A stretch of 63,732 nucleotides of DNA, counting the filler, from Octopus bimaculoides (Eukaryota), in assembly GCF_001194135.2 (NCBI RefSeq). It is 6 parts of 6 records of this genome, joined end to end, with 100 filler letters (N's around TTAATTAATTAA, not from the genome) between each part and the next. Parts side by side here need not be neighbours in the genome. Positions count along the whole stretch, not along the records: positions 18,781 to 40,481 come from NC_068983.1; 5 more parts are not named here. One strand, written 5' to 3'. The translations under genes and the position numbers were made by a program. This document shows positions 25,579 through 36,921 of this stretch, piece by piece (position 1 is the stretch's first letter; each line of letters starts with the position of its first letter). The notes under the pieces were generated by a model, which worked only from the letters and a program-made list of their open reading frames with translations, ran no database searches and was not told the DNA's origin.

Positions 25579-26329
25579 TTTAAGCTAGTGGAGTGTGATT
25601 TGAAGGTTACCATCTTTTTTTTAAAATGTTTTTACTTGTTTAGGAAAAGGCAATATCCATGGCCTGTTGCAAGGTCCCCGAGATAGAAGGGGAAGGAGAA
25701 AGATGTCCTTACATTGAAGAAACCAGATCTGCAATTTTGCAACAGAGGATAGTGTGTTAAATGCATCGTCAAGGGTTCCAGGCAGCGGTGTTAAACCGAG
25801 AGGCGAGTTGTGTCTACCACCTGTGTAGGTTATTGCGCGATTACAACGCAGAATGCAAATAGTCAGAACAAATACCGCAAAGCATCCAGTCCGATCTTCT
25901 TACGTCTCTGCTAATCTACTGCTTTGGGTTAGTTCTTTTTAATCGACCCCGATGACAGGCAAAATTGATCTCGTTTGGATTTGATCTCAGAGCGCAGAAG
26001 GTGGAACAAATACCGTGAAGTATTGTGTCTGATGCTCTGTCTGCAAGCGCGAGCGCGTGTGTGGCTGTTGTTTCTAGCATGTCAAGTGACTGCATACATG
26101 CCTTTACAATATTATGTGGATACGCGTGACCTCGGGGTTAGGGGTGTCGATAAATAATAATAAGCTAAACACCTTCTACGAAACTAGGAAAATTAGCAAC
26201 ATAAAACATAACAGTCAACCGGCAAATAGTATAAATCTCACCTCTAATGACGCGCCTTCAAGCAACACGAACAACAACCCGAGGAACAGTAGCCCCCACC
26301 CCTCAACACAACACTAGCACAGATAAACT

Positions 26330-26530
26330 GAATATTTTATGTGACTGCAGAGACAGAAATAAGTGTCAATTCTCTAATAGGTGTAAAACAAAAAGTGTAG
26401 CATACCAATACGACGTACTCGCAAATAACCATTCGAAATCGTATATTGGAGCCACGAAGAACCAAATGATCTTTAGGTACAATTCACACCAATCTAGTTT
26501 TAGAAATAGAAGTAAAGCAAACTCTACTTA
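26330..26530 (+). pseudogene. Penelope-like GIY-YIG endonuclease fragment
   Basis: CDCRDRNKCQFSNRCKTKSVAYQ...KSYIGATKNQMIFRYNSHQSSF shows the Cys-rich lead-in, VxY...YIG and R..H motifs. Confidence 0.7.
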
Positions 26531-27125
26531 CACGCAAATTTTCCCCTTCGAACCCTCTTTCTCTTTGCACTCTTCATAACTAAATATTATTACGGCAACG
26601 AGTCTCCCTACACGCTAGATCGGACCAACGCTCGATTTATACTTTATACTTATATACGGCTTCCTTTATAAATACGAACCGCCTACAACCTATAACTTAC
26701 TGACCCGGTTATCCCTTTAGAGTTAACTCCCTTACATTAATTATACCGCCGGTCATCCGTCAGAAGTCACAGTCGCGTGGAAGCCATGCTATTAAATGAC
26801 CACGAGACCACAGGTTCAACTAACTTTTATTCTTCTTCCACCTTACAACGGACTTAACGAACAGCGAACCTAACTATAATGTAAGACTTTCGAACCTTCG
26901 ATCATTTTCTTTTCCGATGTATCCTTCTACCTTTCGCTCTTCTCTACCCCTGACTTCTTTGTTCTGACGATGTCTACCATTGGCAACGAGGCAAAAATAT
27001 ACATTTTCCTCACCATGGTACACAGAAACGATCGTAAATTCACTCTCACCTTTCTTAACTAATTAAATAATGGCTTCCTAGCGCAAAAGACACACTTCTT
27101 ACCGTTATTTTCCCTCCATTTTCTT

Positions 27126-27158
<33 letters not shown>

Positions 27159-27365
27159 ATATATATATATNNNNNNNNNNNNNNNNNNNNNNNNNNNNNN
27201 NNNNNNNNNNNNNNNNNNNNNNNNNNNNNNNNNNNNNNNNNNNNNNNNNNNNNNNNNNNNNNNNNNNNNNNNNNNNNNNNNNNNNNNNNNNNNNNNNNNN
27301 NNNNNNNNNNNNNNNNNNNNNNNNNNNNNNNNNNNNNNNNNNNNNNNNNNNNNNNNNNNNNNNNN

Positions 27366-27410
<45 letters not shown>

Positions 27411-27579
27411 CATACATACATACATGCACATGCATATATACATGCATACACAAACACACACACGCACACACATATATATATATGTATGTATATATGCATA
27501 CAGATATACATATATGTGTGTATAAATATATGTATATATAAGTATGTTATATATAGATATATACATGAATATATATTTG

Positions 27580-27960
27580 TTGGCTGAGTGGTAAGAAGCT
27601 TGCTTCCCAACCACGTGGTTCCAAGTTCAGTCCTACTGCATGGCACCTTGGGAAAGTATCTTCTACTAGCCTCGGGTCGACCAAAGCCTTGTGAGTGGAT
27701 TTGGTAGACGGAAACTGAAAGAAGCCTGTCGTATATATAAATATATATATATGTATGTATGTATTTGTGTCTGTGTTTGTTCCCCCACCAAAGCTTGACA
27801 ACCCATGCTGGTGTGTTTACGTTCCAGTAACTTAGCGGTTTGGCAAAAGAGGCTGATAGAATGAATACTAGGCTTACAAAGAATAAGTCCTGGAGTCGAT
27901 TTATTCGACTGAAGGCGGTGCTCCAACATGAACGCAGTCAAATGACTTAAGAAAAAGAAA
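27580..27960 (+). mobile_element. CORE-type SINE, near full length
   Basis: tggctgagtggtaagaagcttgc...gcaccttgggaaagt...ggcggtgctccaacatg. Confidence 0.9.
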
Positions 27961-27996
27961 AAATGAGTAAAAGAATATCTAGATACATAATGCGTG

Positions 27997-28055
<59 letters not shown>

Positions 28056-28521
28056 NNNNNNNNNNNNNNNNNNNNNNNNNNNNNNNNNNNNNNNNNNNNN
28101 NNNNNNNNNNNNNNNNNNNNNNNNNNNNNNNNNNNNNNNNNNNNNNNNNNNNNNNNNNNNNNNNNNNNNNNNNNNNNNNNNNNNNNNNNNNNNNNNNNNN
28201 NNNNNNNNNNNNNNNNNNNNNNNNNNNNNNNNNNNNNNNNNNNNNNNNNNNNNNNNNNNNNNNNNNNNNNNNNNNNNNNNNNNNNNNNNNNNNNNNNNNN
28301 NNNNNNNNNNNNNNNNNNNNNNNNNNNNNNNNNNNNNNNNNNNNNNNNNNNNNNNNNNNNNNNNNNNNNNNNNNNNNNNNNNNNNNNNNNNNNNNNNNNN
28401 NNNNNNNNNNNNNNNNNNNNNNNNNNNNNNNNNNNNNNNNNNNNNNNNNNNNNNNNNNNNNNNNNNNNNNNNNNNNNNNNNNNNNNNNNNNNNNNNNNNN
28501 NNNNNNNNNNNNNNNNNNNNN

Positions 28522-28571
<50 letters not shown>

Positions 28572-31009
28572 TGTATACACACACACATACTCACGCAAAC
28601 ACACGCACGCACACACACACAGATCTGAGTGTATATACGAAAATATTTATACGCAAATACAAACATACGCATATATACATACATATCCTTGTAAATACAT
28701 GCACGCACACATATGTTCACACACACTTGCAACCCCCCACATATTTCTGATCACCCAACTAAGTTTGACTAATCAAATCGAATGCGACATAGCGAAATAA
28801 ACATTCCTCGCTCAGCTGACCTGCCATATGTGATGAAACCGTCCACCATTTGTCAATGTATCACGTGACCTGCTTAGCCTACTGAAAAGCAGACGATAAC
28901 CTCCGTCTACTTAATCTTGTAAATAATTCGGCCAATAAAACTTCATATTTATGATCCGTGGAACTAGTGTTCGGTGACTCGGTGTGTCTGTCTGTTTGTC
29001 TGCGACTATTTTATTTTTCGTTTCTTATTTATTTGTTCAGTGGAATTTCCAGTTCTTAATCAAATATCATCGATGAAATAAAGAATGAGTGAGTGATTGA
29101 GCGAATGACAGGCCGAATATAAAAACAACAACAAAACAATCAACCAAACAAACAAACTAATAAATAAATAAATTGTCAATATGAAACTATCTCATAACCA
29201 GGCGACCATGTTTGATTTGAAAATACATACCACACACATACACACACAAACAGAGGCAAACATATACGCATGTATCCTCCCGGTTTTTATTTTTACTTTT
29301 GTTGTTTAACTTCATTCGTGCTCATCCCATTTCTTTTTTTAAAGATACAGTAAACCTAGGACTAAATTACCCAATGGCTCCTTTTTCTTGTGTGTTTTTT
29401 GAAAATATATTGAAAGTCAAGGGCGTGATTTAAGAGAGAATTGGAGACTAATTCTCGCAGGCCAAGCTACCTGATAGAGGTTAACGTACTGTGATAGAAT
29501 TGATTGTGTTTAACTGTATTCCTATAAATAAGACTGGCCGAGAAGAAAAAGCCCCTTGAGACGTCTGCTGCATGAAAACTCAATAGCTAAGTTGGCATTA
29601 GTCTGCTTGATGTAGCGTTTTGGGTTCAAATCACATCGCGGTCGACTTAATCTTTCATTCTCTCAGGGTCAAGAAAAAAAAAAACAGAAGAAAACCAATC
29701 AAGTTCTGGAGTAATTGGTATCGTCTAAATTCCCCCCNNNNNNNNNNNNNNNNNNNNNNNNNNNNNNNNNNNNNNNNNNNNNNNNNNNNNNNNNNNNNNN
29801 NNNNNNNNNNNNNNNNNNNNNNNNNNNNNNNNNNNNNNNNNNNNNNNNNNNNNNNNNNNNNNNNNNNNNNNNNNNNNNNNNNNNNNNNNNNNNNNNNNNN
29901 NNNNNNNNNNNNNNNNNNNNNNNNNNNNNNNNNNNNNNNNNNNNNNNNNNNNNNNNNNNNNNNNNNNNNNNNNNNNNNNNNNACTCCCTTCAAAATTGCC
30001 GGCATTGAGCCAATTGCCAGACACAATTAGTCCTCCTCCTACTGCCTTCATTCTCCACCTCCCTTTATCCTCCTTCTCCTTTCATCTTCCCCTGTCCTCC
30101 ATCCTCCACCTCTTCTTTCCCCTATTCCTCTTCTTTCCCCTATTCCTTTTCTTTCCCATGTTACTACTACTACTACTACTACTATTACTACTATAGCGAG
30201 CAGTGGTAGTTTTGCAGAAAATCTATCCTGGAGGATTTGAACTCATAACCTAAATGGATGAAGTCAATTTTTTTTTTCTTTTGCAGGTTCGACTTTGCCT
30301 TTAATCCTTATGAATAATGGGAGTATCAATAAACTAAAATGTGCGTCAGAAACTGGAGAATGGCGGTGTGTGTGTGTGGGCGTCAATCTCAGTCGACTAA
30401 TACCCTCAGCTAAAATGTGTACCTTGGAACGTCAGAAGAATGTCCTGTGGAGTTTGCTCCAGCTTTATAACTCCTGGGTTCAACTCCCGCTAAAGTTAAC
30501 TTTGTTTTTTAATTTTTCGGGCTCGATAAAATAAAGTAACAGTCAAGAACGGGGGTTGATAGTATCGGCTTATGCTTAAATCAGGAATCATTATTATAAT
30601 AAAAGGCAGTAGGTCGTAGAACGGATGGAATAACGGACAATTTGCATTGTGATATCTAATTACACCCTTTTACATTATGCTATCGAAGGATACAGAAAAT
30701 GACCTTATGTGATCGCTAAATCTGCTAGAAATAGCAAACATATCTTCCCCAAATCACGTTCCGCTGTATTAAAGAAAAGGATATATTAGATGATGGAGAC
30801 CGGGATTATCCACTGCACATAGCTCTGTAGTATGATCAGGGCTGTTAAGCCTTCGACTATAGGTTTGCTCAGTCGAGATTGATCTGGGTTAAAATAACAA
30901 ACAACCACAACAACAATCAGTCTTTTAACTTATGAACTTAAAATTCCACCAGGTTTAACAATACCTTGCCTCCTTTCGAATATCAATGGAATAATATTGG
31001 TTTCAAATT

Positions 31010-31211
31010 TTGATATAAGACCAGCAATTTAGTGGGAGCGGGTAAGTCTATTACATCGATCCCAGTGCTTAACTGCTGCTTATTTTATTGATCCGAAAGG
31101 ATGAAAGGCAAAGTCGACATCAGCGGAATTTGAACTCAGGACGTAAAGACGGATGAAATGCCACTAAGCATTTTGCTCGGCGTGCTAACGATACTGCCAG
31201 CTCGCCACCTT
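31010..31211 (-). mobile_element. Nin/Deu-domain SINE
   Basis: gatccgaaaggatgaaaggcaaagtcgac...ggaatttgaactcag...ctgccagctcgccacctt. Confidence 0.85.
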
Positions 31212-31239
31212 AATAAGTGCCAATATTAACAGTGGGGTT

Positions 31240-31620
31240 AAGGCGGAGATAGCAGAAACGTTAGCACGCCGGGCGAAATGCTAAGCGGTATTTTGTCTGC
31301 CGCTACATTCTGAGTTCAAATTCCGCCGAGGTTGACTTTGCCTTTCATCCTTTCGGGGTCGATTAAATAAGTACCAGTTACACGTCCCCTCTGCATATAG
31401 CCCCTTGTGGGCAGTAAAGAAATAAGAAACGTTAGCACGCCCGGGGAAAATGCTTAGCGACATTTCGTCTGTCTTTACGTCCTGAGTTCAAATTCCGCCG
31501 GGGTCGACCTTGCCTTTCATCCTTTCGAGTACTGGGGTCGACCTTGCCTTTCATCCTTTCGAGTACTGGGGTCGATGTAATTGACTTACTCACCACTGCG
31601 AAATCGAGGTCGATAAAATA
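31240..31620 (+). mobile_element. Dimeric Nin/Deu-domain SINE with an internal tandem duplication of about 35 bp
   Basis: Two units joined at gggcagtaaagaaataagaaacgttagcacgcc. The stretch gggtcgaccttgcctttcatcctttcgagtactg is repeated at about 31501-31570. Confidence 0.8.
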
Positions 31621-32089
31621 AATGTCTGTTGAGTATTGGGGTTGATGTAATCGACTTACTTAGTCACCGAAATTGCTGGACTTCTACCGAAATTTGAAAT
31701 CAATATTGATAGTGAAGTCGGTCTTATCGACTTTACGTATCCTATCCAAGTCGTGGCTTTATCTCTGAACTGGTTATCACGAATACCGGGAATCGAATAT
31801 ATCGTTTGTACACATCCTCTCACCAAATTTCTAGTATATGATATTTATTGCTGGTACTTATTAAATGTACTTATTTTTGAGAGCGTGTAAAGATTAACTC
31901 CGGCGCAATTTGAACCCAGCATGTAAATATATAATGAAATACTGCAAAGCATTTTGTTTGACGATCTAGTGAGTCTGAGTCTATAACCACCCATCCATAT
32001 AATCATATATTATAATACACATGTAATAATGTAACAAAGTATGGTGGCACTTGATAATACACATACGCTATAGGAATAATAATTATGGT

Positions 32090-32258
32090 TTCAAATTTTG
32101 GTACGAGGCCAGCAATTCCAGGGAAGGGGTAAGTCAATTGCATCGATCCTCGTGCTCAACTAGTACTTATGATACCGACCTCAATAGGAAGAAAAGCAAA
32201 ATCGACCCCGGCTAAGCATTTTGCCTGGTGTGCTAACGATTTTGCCAGCTCGTCGTAT
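32090..32258 (-). mobile_element. Nin/Deu-domain SINE, internally deleted
   Basis: gcatcgatcc...tagtactt...gctaacgattttgccagctcg. Confidence 0.65.
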
Positions 32259-32379
32259 TAAGGTGTAATTATAATAATATTGGTTTCTGACATATTTAGA
32301 CTTATCCCCTAATATACATATAGTAATAATAAATAATATATTATAATAAAGCGGCAATAATTATTTCTAACATAAATAC

Positions 32380-32520
32380 ATGGTCAGATATTTAGTAGGG
32401 CTGGGATGAGGATAGATGGTTATATCGATCCTGAGTACTTGAGTCATACTTTATTTATCGTTCTTGGAAGGATGAAAGACAAAGTCGACCACGATGTGAT
32501 TTGAACCCAGAACATATACG
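32380..32520 (-). mobile_element. Nin/Deu-domain SINE fragment
   Basis: tttatcg...ggaaggatgaaagacaaagtcgacc...tttgaacccagaac. Confidence 0.6.
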
Positions 32521-33039
32521 GCCGTAACTAATTGTCGTTTACTACATGGTCTTGCTAAAAGAATTTCCCAGAAACATACTTGAAACCAACATTAACATCC
32601 GTCTGTACAAGACTATCATCGTACTAACATACTATAAGTGCTAGGAAAACGTGGAAGAAAAATGCGAAAATCACCAAAATATTGGATATCTTTTATTAAA
32701 GGTGCTTGAGAAGACTCCTGAGAAATAATATAAGATGCTATTTTAAAATAAAATACAAGTATATATAACATAATATGTAATTCTTCCACGACGTAGTTGC
32801 TTCAGTTTTAATACAGTATCTCAGATGAAGTCAATATTGTTTTCTTTTAGTTATATATATTTTCTTATTATTTAGTTTGTGGAGAAGAGGCCTCAATCCT
32901 AACATTTTGCAGGTCATCTACTGACGAGGTCGATGACGTTGATGCTTGTGCATCAGTCTGCTATATGTTGATGCTTATAAGTAAAATGTATTCAGAGGAG
33001 AAATTCTAGGAAATTGTACTTTGAAGGGGGAAGGATTAG

Positions 33040-33260
33040 GTAATATTTTTAAGGGCGTGATTTGATGCAGCGTGAGACACAGTAGCGATGGTGGGAGAAA
33101 GGAAGGTGAGAGTATCGGTTGGGCTTGGAGGAAGGTGATAGGCGGCTTCTTCGTTCAGAGCATCAGAAGCCGTTATAGTTGCGGAAAAGGAGGCATACAT
33201 TGTAGAAACAATACATCCCTGGTCGTAGCATGTTGATGATTCGGGCTTTACCAATCAGTC
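33040..33260 (-). mobile_element. Possible CR1/L2-like LINE 3' remnant
   Basis: Minus strand ctccttttccgcaactataacggc..tgctctgaacga resembles the SLFYRYYNG.CS.EL motif. Heavily decayed. Confidence 0.3.
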
Positions 33261-33327
33261 GGAGCCCTTTTTTTAAAGAAGGAAGTGGTCTAGTATGATA
33301 ACGTGTGTAGCAGTATTATTCTAAATT

Positions 33328-33600
33328 CGCACTCCGTCGGTTACGACGACGAAAGTTCCAGTTGATCTGGTCAACAGAATAACCTGCTCGTCAAATTAAC
33401 GCGCAAGTGGCTGAGCACTCCACAGATACATGCACACTTAATGTAGTTCTCGGAGAAATTTGGCGTGATACAATGTGACAAGGCTGGCCCTTTGAAATAT
33501 AGGTACTTCTCATTTTTGTCAGGCGTGTAGACTGGAACAAGGTGAAATAAAGAGTCTTGCTTAAAGACACAAGGCGACGCTGAGAATCGAACTCATGAAC
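33328..33600 (-). mobile_element. SINE-like repeat, third family, same as 62318-62620
   Basis: gcactccgtcggttacgacg...gtggctgagcactccacaga is the reverse complement of 62520-62620. Confidence 0.75.
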
Positions 33601-34995
33601 ATACGATCATAAACCGAAATCCCAAAGTACTTAACCATTCCAGATATACATACGGACGGTGCTCTAGATATCTGGAATCTCGTTCAGAGAAGCTGTTGTT
33701 TCATCAGAAGAGACAGGAATAAAATTGAGGGTACACAGTGCATTCATTAGCTGGATGTCTGTAGTCGCCATTTACAAAATAACAAAATTTATATATAATT
33801 AAATAAATTAATTGATCAATTTATAATTTGTTTATTAAATAAATCGCTATATCAAAAAAAAATTTACTTCTGTAGATTTCAAGTGTCTTGACTCCAACTG
33901 AATTCGTTAACTTTTCGAGGGCACTCGTAAAATATGTAGTTTTTAAAGTGGAGTGCTTCGTGGTTTACTTGAAACGCATGTCATGAATCTTTTTAAAGGA
34001 GCACGTACTGAGATTTTCTATGGGTATTGTCATTTTTCAAGGGGATGTACTTTAACTTTATGTAATATATTTTCATTACAAGTCGGGGGGATAACTGTGG
34101 AGTGTGTATGTGTCTTTTGTGAGGGTAGTGGGTGACGCTACTCTCTTTAACGTCACAATATTGTTGATGTACATTTGTCCGAACAGTTGCTGTTGTTAAT
34201 AATATCGTTGCTGTTATTATTTATCGTGTCGCTGGTGGCAAAGCGGTGGTGATGAAGGGGTGTCAGGAAGGTAATGGACTCGTAAGAAATATTACCATAA
34301 ACACTACTTTCTCCGCCACTTTCATATCATACCCTTTCACCTCGATTTCGCCGAATATTCTAATGAGCAGCGAGTGTTTCGTTTTACAGCTGCTTTCACG
34401 CAACAAAGGATTTTCTGTTCCTACACATTAAAAATTCTGCCTCTCTGCTCGTCAGTCTGCCTTTTTTCCCATCCATCCATCCATCCATCCATTCGTATGT
34501 TTCTTGCTCTATCTCTCTGTTTCTCTTTCTGTATGTTTCTCTGTCTATGTTTCTCTTTCAGTCAACCCATTTAACCATCAGTCAGTTTTCTACTTGTATG
34601 TATGTTGACCTTTTGTCTACCAACAGTATGTATGTCTTTCATTCAGTTTATTTCAAGATTTCTTGCCAATAGAGAAAGAACCGGTTTCTAACCTAGATCC
34701 AAGGTTCCTTCATTGGAATTTCAACATCAACAACAAGGTATTTTTCAGTTCTATATTTAAAAGATGAGGAATTATGTACATTATTTACCTTCGACGGATA
34801 TTTGTCCTCATCTTGTTTGTTGTTAACAAAACGTTTCGGCTGATATACCTTACTGTCTTGGGGAAATTTCGAACCTAGATTNNNNNNNNNNTAACAAAAC
34901 GTTTCGGCTGATATACCTTACTGTCTTGGGGAAATTTCGAACCTAGATTCTCATTCCTAAGGTATTTTTCGATGATATTATTATCATTATTATTC

Positions 34996-35069
34996 AGATC
35001 ACTGCTTGGAATTGAACTTGGAATCTTGGGGTTAGTAGCCCGCGCTCTTAACCTCTACGCCATATGCCC
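34996..35069 (-). promoter_or_regulatory. tRNA-Arg-like Pol III A/B-box head inside the Penelope 3' region (not a functional tRNA)
   Basis: gggcatatggcgtagaggttaagagcgcgggctactaaccccaagattccaagttcaattcc: A box TGGCGTAGAGG, B-box-like GTTCAATTCC, tRNA-like spacing. The ctac...aagattcc segment resembles tRNA-Arg(ACG). Confidence 0.65.
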
Positions 35070-35096
35070 GTGGGCAAGTATGGGCAATTTTAGGGC

Positions 35097-35684
35097 TTAT
35101 AAATCTAATATTTTTCTATCCTTCCTTAATACCGATTCCCATATGCTGCTCATATCTGCACTCGGTCTGCTTAGGAGGTTGTTGTGTCCTAGCATATGTA
35201 CTGCTTCTTTTAGTTTTCGTATTTTCCAGTGATGTTCTCTGTCTATTATTTTAACTTCATCCCACAGAAGGAAGTGGTCTACATTTTTCCATACATGATC
35301 ATCTATACCCGATTTATCAATATCTCCTCGTGTCACAGCTTTGCGATGTTCGTCTACCCTTACTCTGATGGAGCGGCATGTTTCGCCTTTGTATAACCTG
35401 CCACAGCTGCATGGGATAGAGTACATGCAGTCTTTGGTCATATTCTCTTCTATTGGTGGTTTTACTTGAAGGAGATATTTGCGAAGTGTTGTATTACTTT
35501 TGAATACTGTCCTGATGTCATATGGGCTGCATACCTTTTGTATCTTCTCGGAGAGGCCTTTCACATAGAGTAGACAGACTGTGGACAGTTTATTGGCCTC
35601 ATCCTCTCTCTTCTTCATAATTGGAGTGGATAGTATACTTTTGGGGTAGTTGTTGCTTAACAGATCATTCTTGAGCTTGATCAT
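35097..35684 (-). pseudogene. Penelope-like linker plus GIY-YIG endonuclease ORF (195 aa open)
   Basis: NNYP...LLYVKGLSEKI...VFKSNTTL...CMYSIPCSCGRLYKGET.R...RVDEH...HHWKIRKLKEA are the PLE GIY-YIG motifs. The upstream frame is broken. Confidence 0.9.
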
Positions 35685-36502
35685 TTCTTTGTGGTGTGTA
35701 TCACGATCGCTACTTATATTCCTTTAGGCACTGAGTAATCCCTCTCTTTACACTGTATGGATGGTGGGAATTGAAGTTGAGGNNNNNNNNNNNNNNNNNN
35801 NNNNNNNNNNNNNNNNNNNNNNNNNNNNNNNNNNNNNNNNNNNNNNNNNNNNNNNNNNNNNNNNNNNNNNNNNNNNNNNNNNNNNNNNNNNNNNNNNNNN
35901 NNNNNNNNNNNNNNNNNNNNNNNNNNNNNNNNNNNNNNNNNNNNNNNNNNNNNNNNNNNNNNNNNNNNNNNNNNNNNNNNNNNNNNNNNNNNNNNNNNNN
36001 NNNNNNNNNNNNNNNNNNNNNNNNNNNNNNNNNNNNNNNNNNNNNNNNNNNNNNNNNNNNNNNNNNNNNNNNNNNNNNNNNNNNNNNNNNNNNNNNNNNN
36101 NNNNNNNNNNNNNNNNNNNNNNNNNNNNNNNNNNNNNNNNNNNNNNNNNNNNNNNNNNNNNNNNNNNNNNNNNNNNNNNNNNNNNNNNNNNNNNNNNNNN
36201 NNNNNNNNNNNNNNNNNNNNNNNNNNNNNNNNNNNNNNNNNNNNNNNNNNNNNNNNNNNNNNNNNNNNNNNNNNNNNNNNNNNNNNNNNNNNNNNNNNNN
36301 NNNNNNNNNNNNNNNNNNNNNNNNNNNNNNNNNNNNNNNNNNNNNNNNNNNNNNNNNNNNNNNNNNNATTATTTGTAGGTTTTACCCATTCTCAAGTCAT
36401 TTCTGTAATAAACAGCTCAATGTTACATTTATATACGAGATGAATTAGAGAAATCACTAAATGAATATGTTAACAATACACCATTGATATATATATCACC
36501 AT

Positions 36503-36538
<36 letters not shown>

Positions 36539-36554
36539 ATTATTCGTGTCGATT

Positions 36555-36680
36555 CATTCGACTAAAAATTCTTCGAGGCGGTGTCCCAGCATGGCACCAG
36601 CATGGCACCAGCATGGCACCAGCATGGCCCTAGCCTGGCGCCAGTTTAAAGACTGAAACAAGTAAAGGATAGAGGATAAA
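36555..36680 (+). mobile_element. CORE-type SINE tail with internal 11-bp tandem expansion (agcatggcacc)x3
   Basis: tcgactaaaa...gcggtgtcccagcatggcaccagcatggcaccagcatggcaccagcatggcc...gactgaaacaagtaaa. Confidence 0.7.
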
Positions 36681-36887
36681 AGATAAAAGATATATGTATA
36701 TATGCATACATACATACATGCATGCATGCATACATACCTAAACACACACACACACACACACACATTTGCTATCTTTCTGCTTTTCTAAATTCTTCCTATA
36801 ACGAAAGAGCTAGTTTCTGATAAAGTCCCATCATTGGAATTCAGATAACAACGATGATGAAGAGTCATCTACGTATGTAAATATACA

Positions 36888-36921
<34 letters not shown>

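Larger units (their letters stand above)
34745..35782 (-). mobile_element. Penelope-like element 3' portion: RT-thumb/linker, GIY-YIG, then a 3' cassette with tRNA-like head and hammerhead remnant
   Basis: LNFNSHHPYSVKRG (35782-35740) precedes the GIY-YIG ORF. The downstream cassette is homologous to 59810-60150. The 5' part is lost in the N gap. Confidence 0.9.

Noticed and set aside
34824-34949. 58-bp direct repeat flanking a 10-N gap, which could be read as a tandem hammerhead dimer
   Set aside because: Identical sequence on both sides of a minimal gap is the typical sign of an unmerged contig overlap. Tandem pseudo-LTRs cannot be claimed without reads.
34996-35069. Functional tRNA gene (also considered at 60075-60230)
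   Set aside because: Acceptor and anticodon stems do not pair properly and copies are embedded in a repeat. Treated as a SINE-type head.
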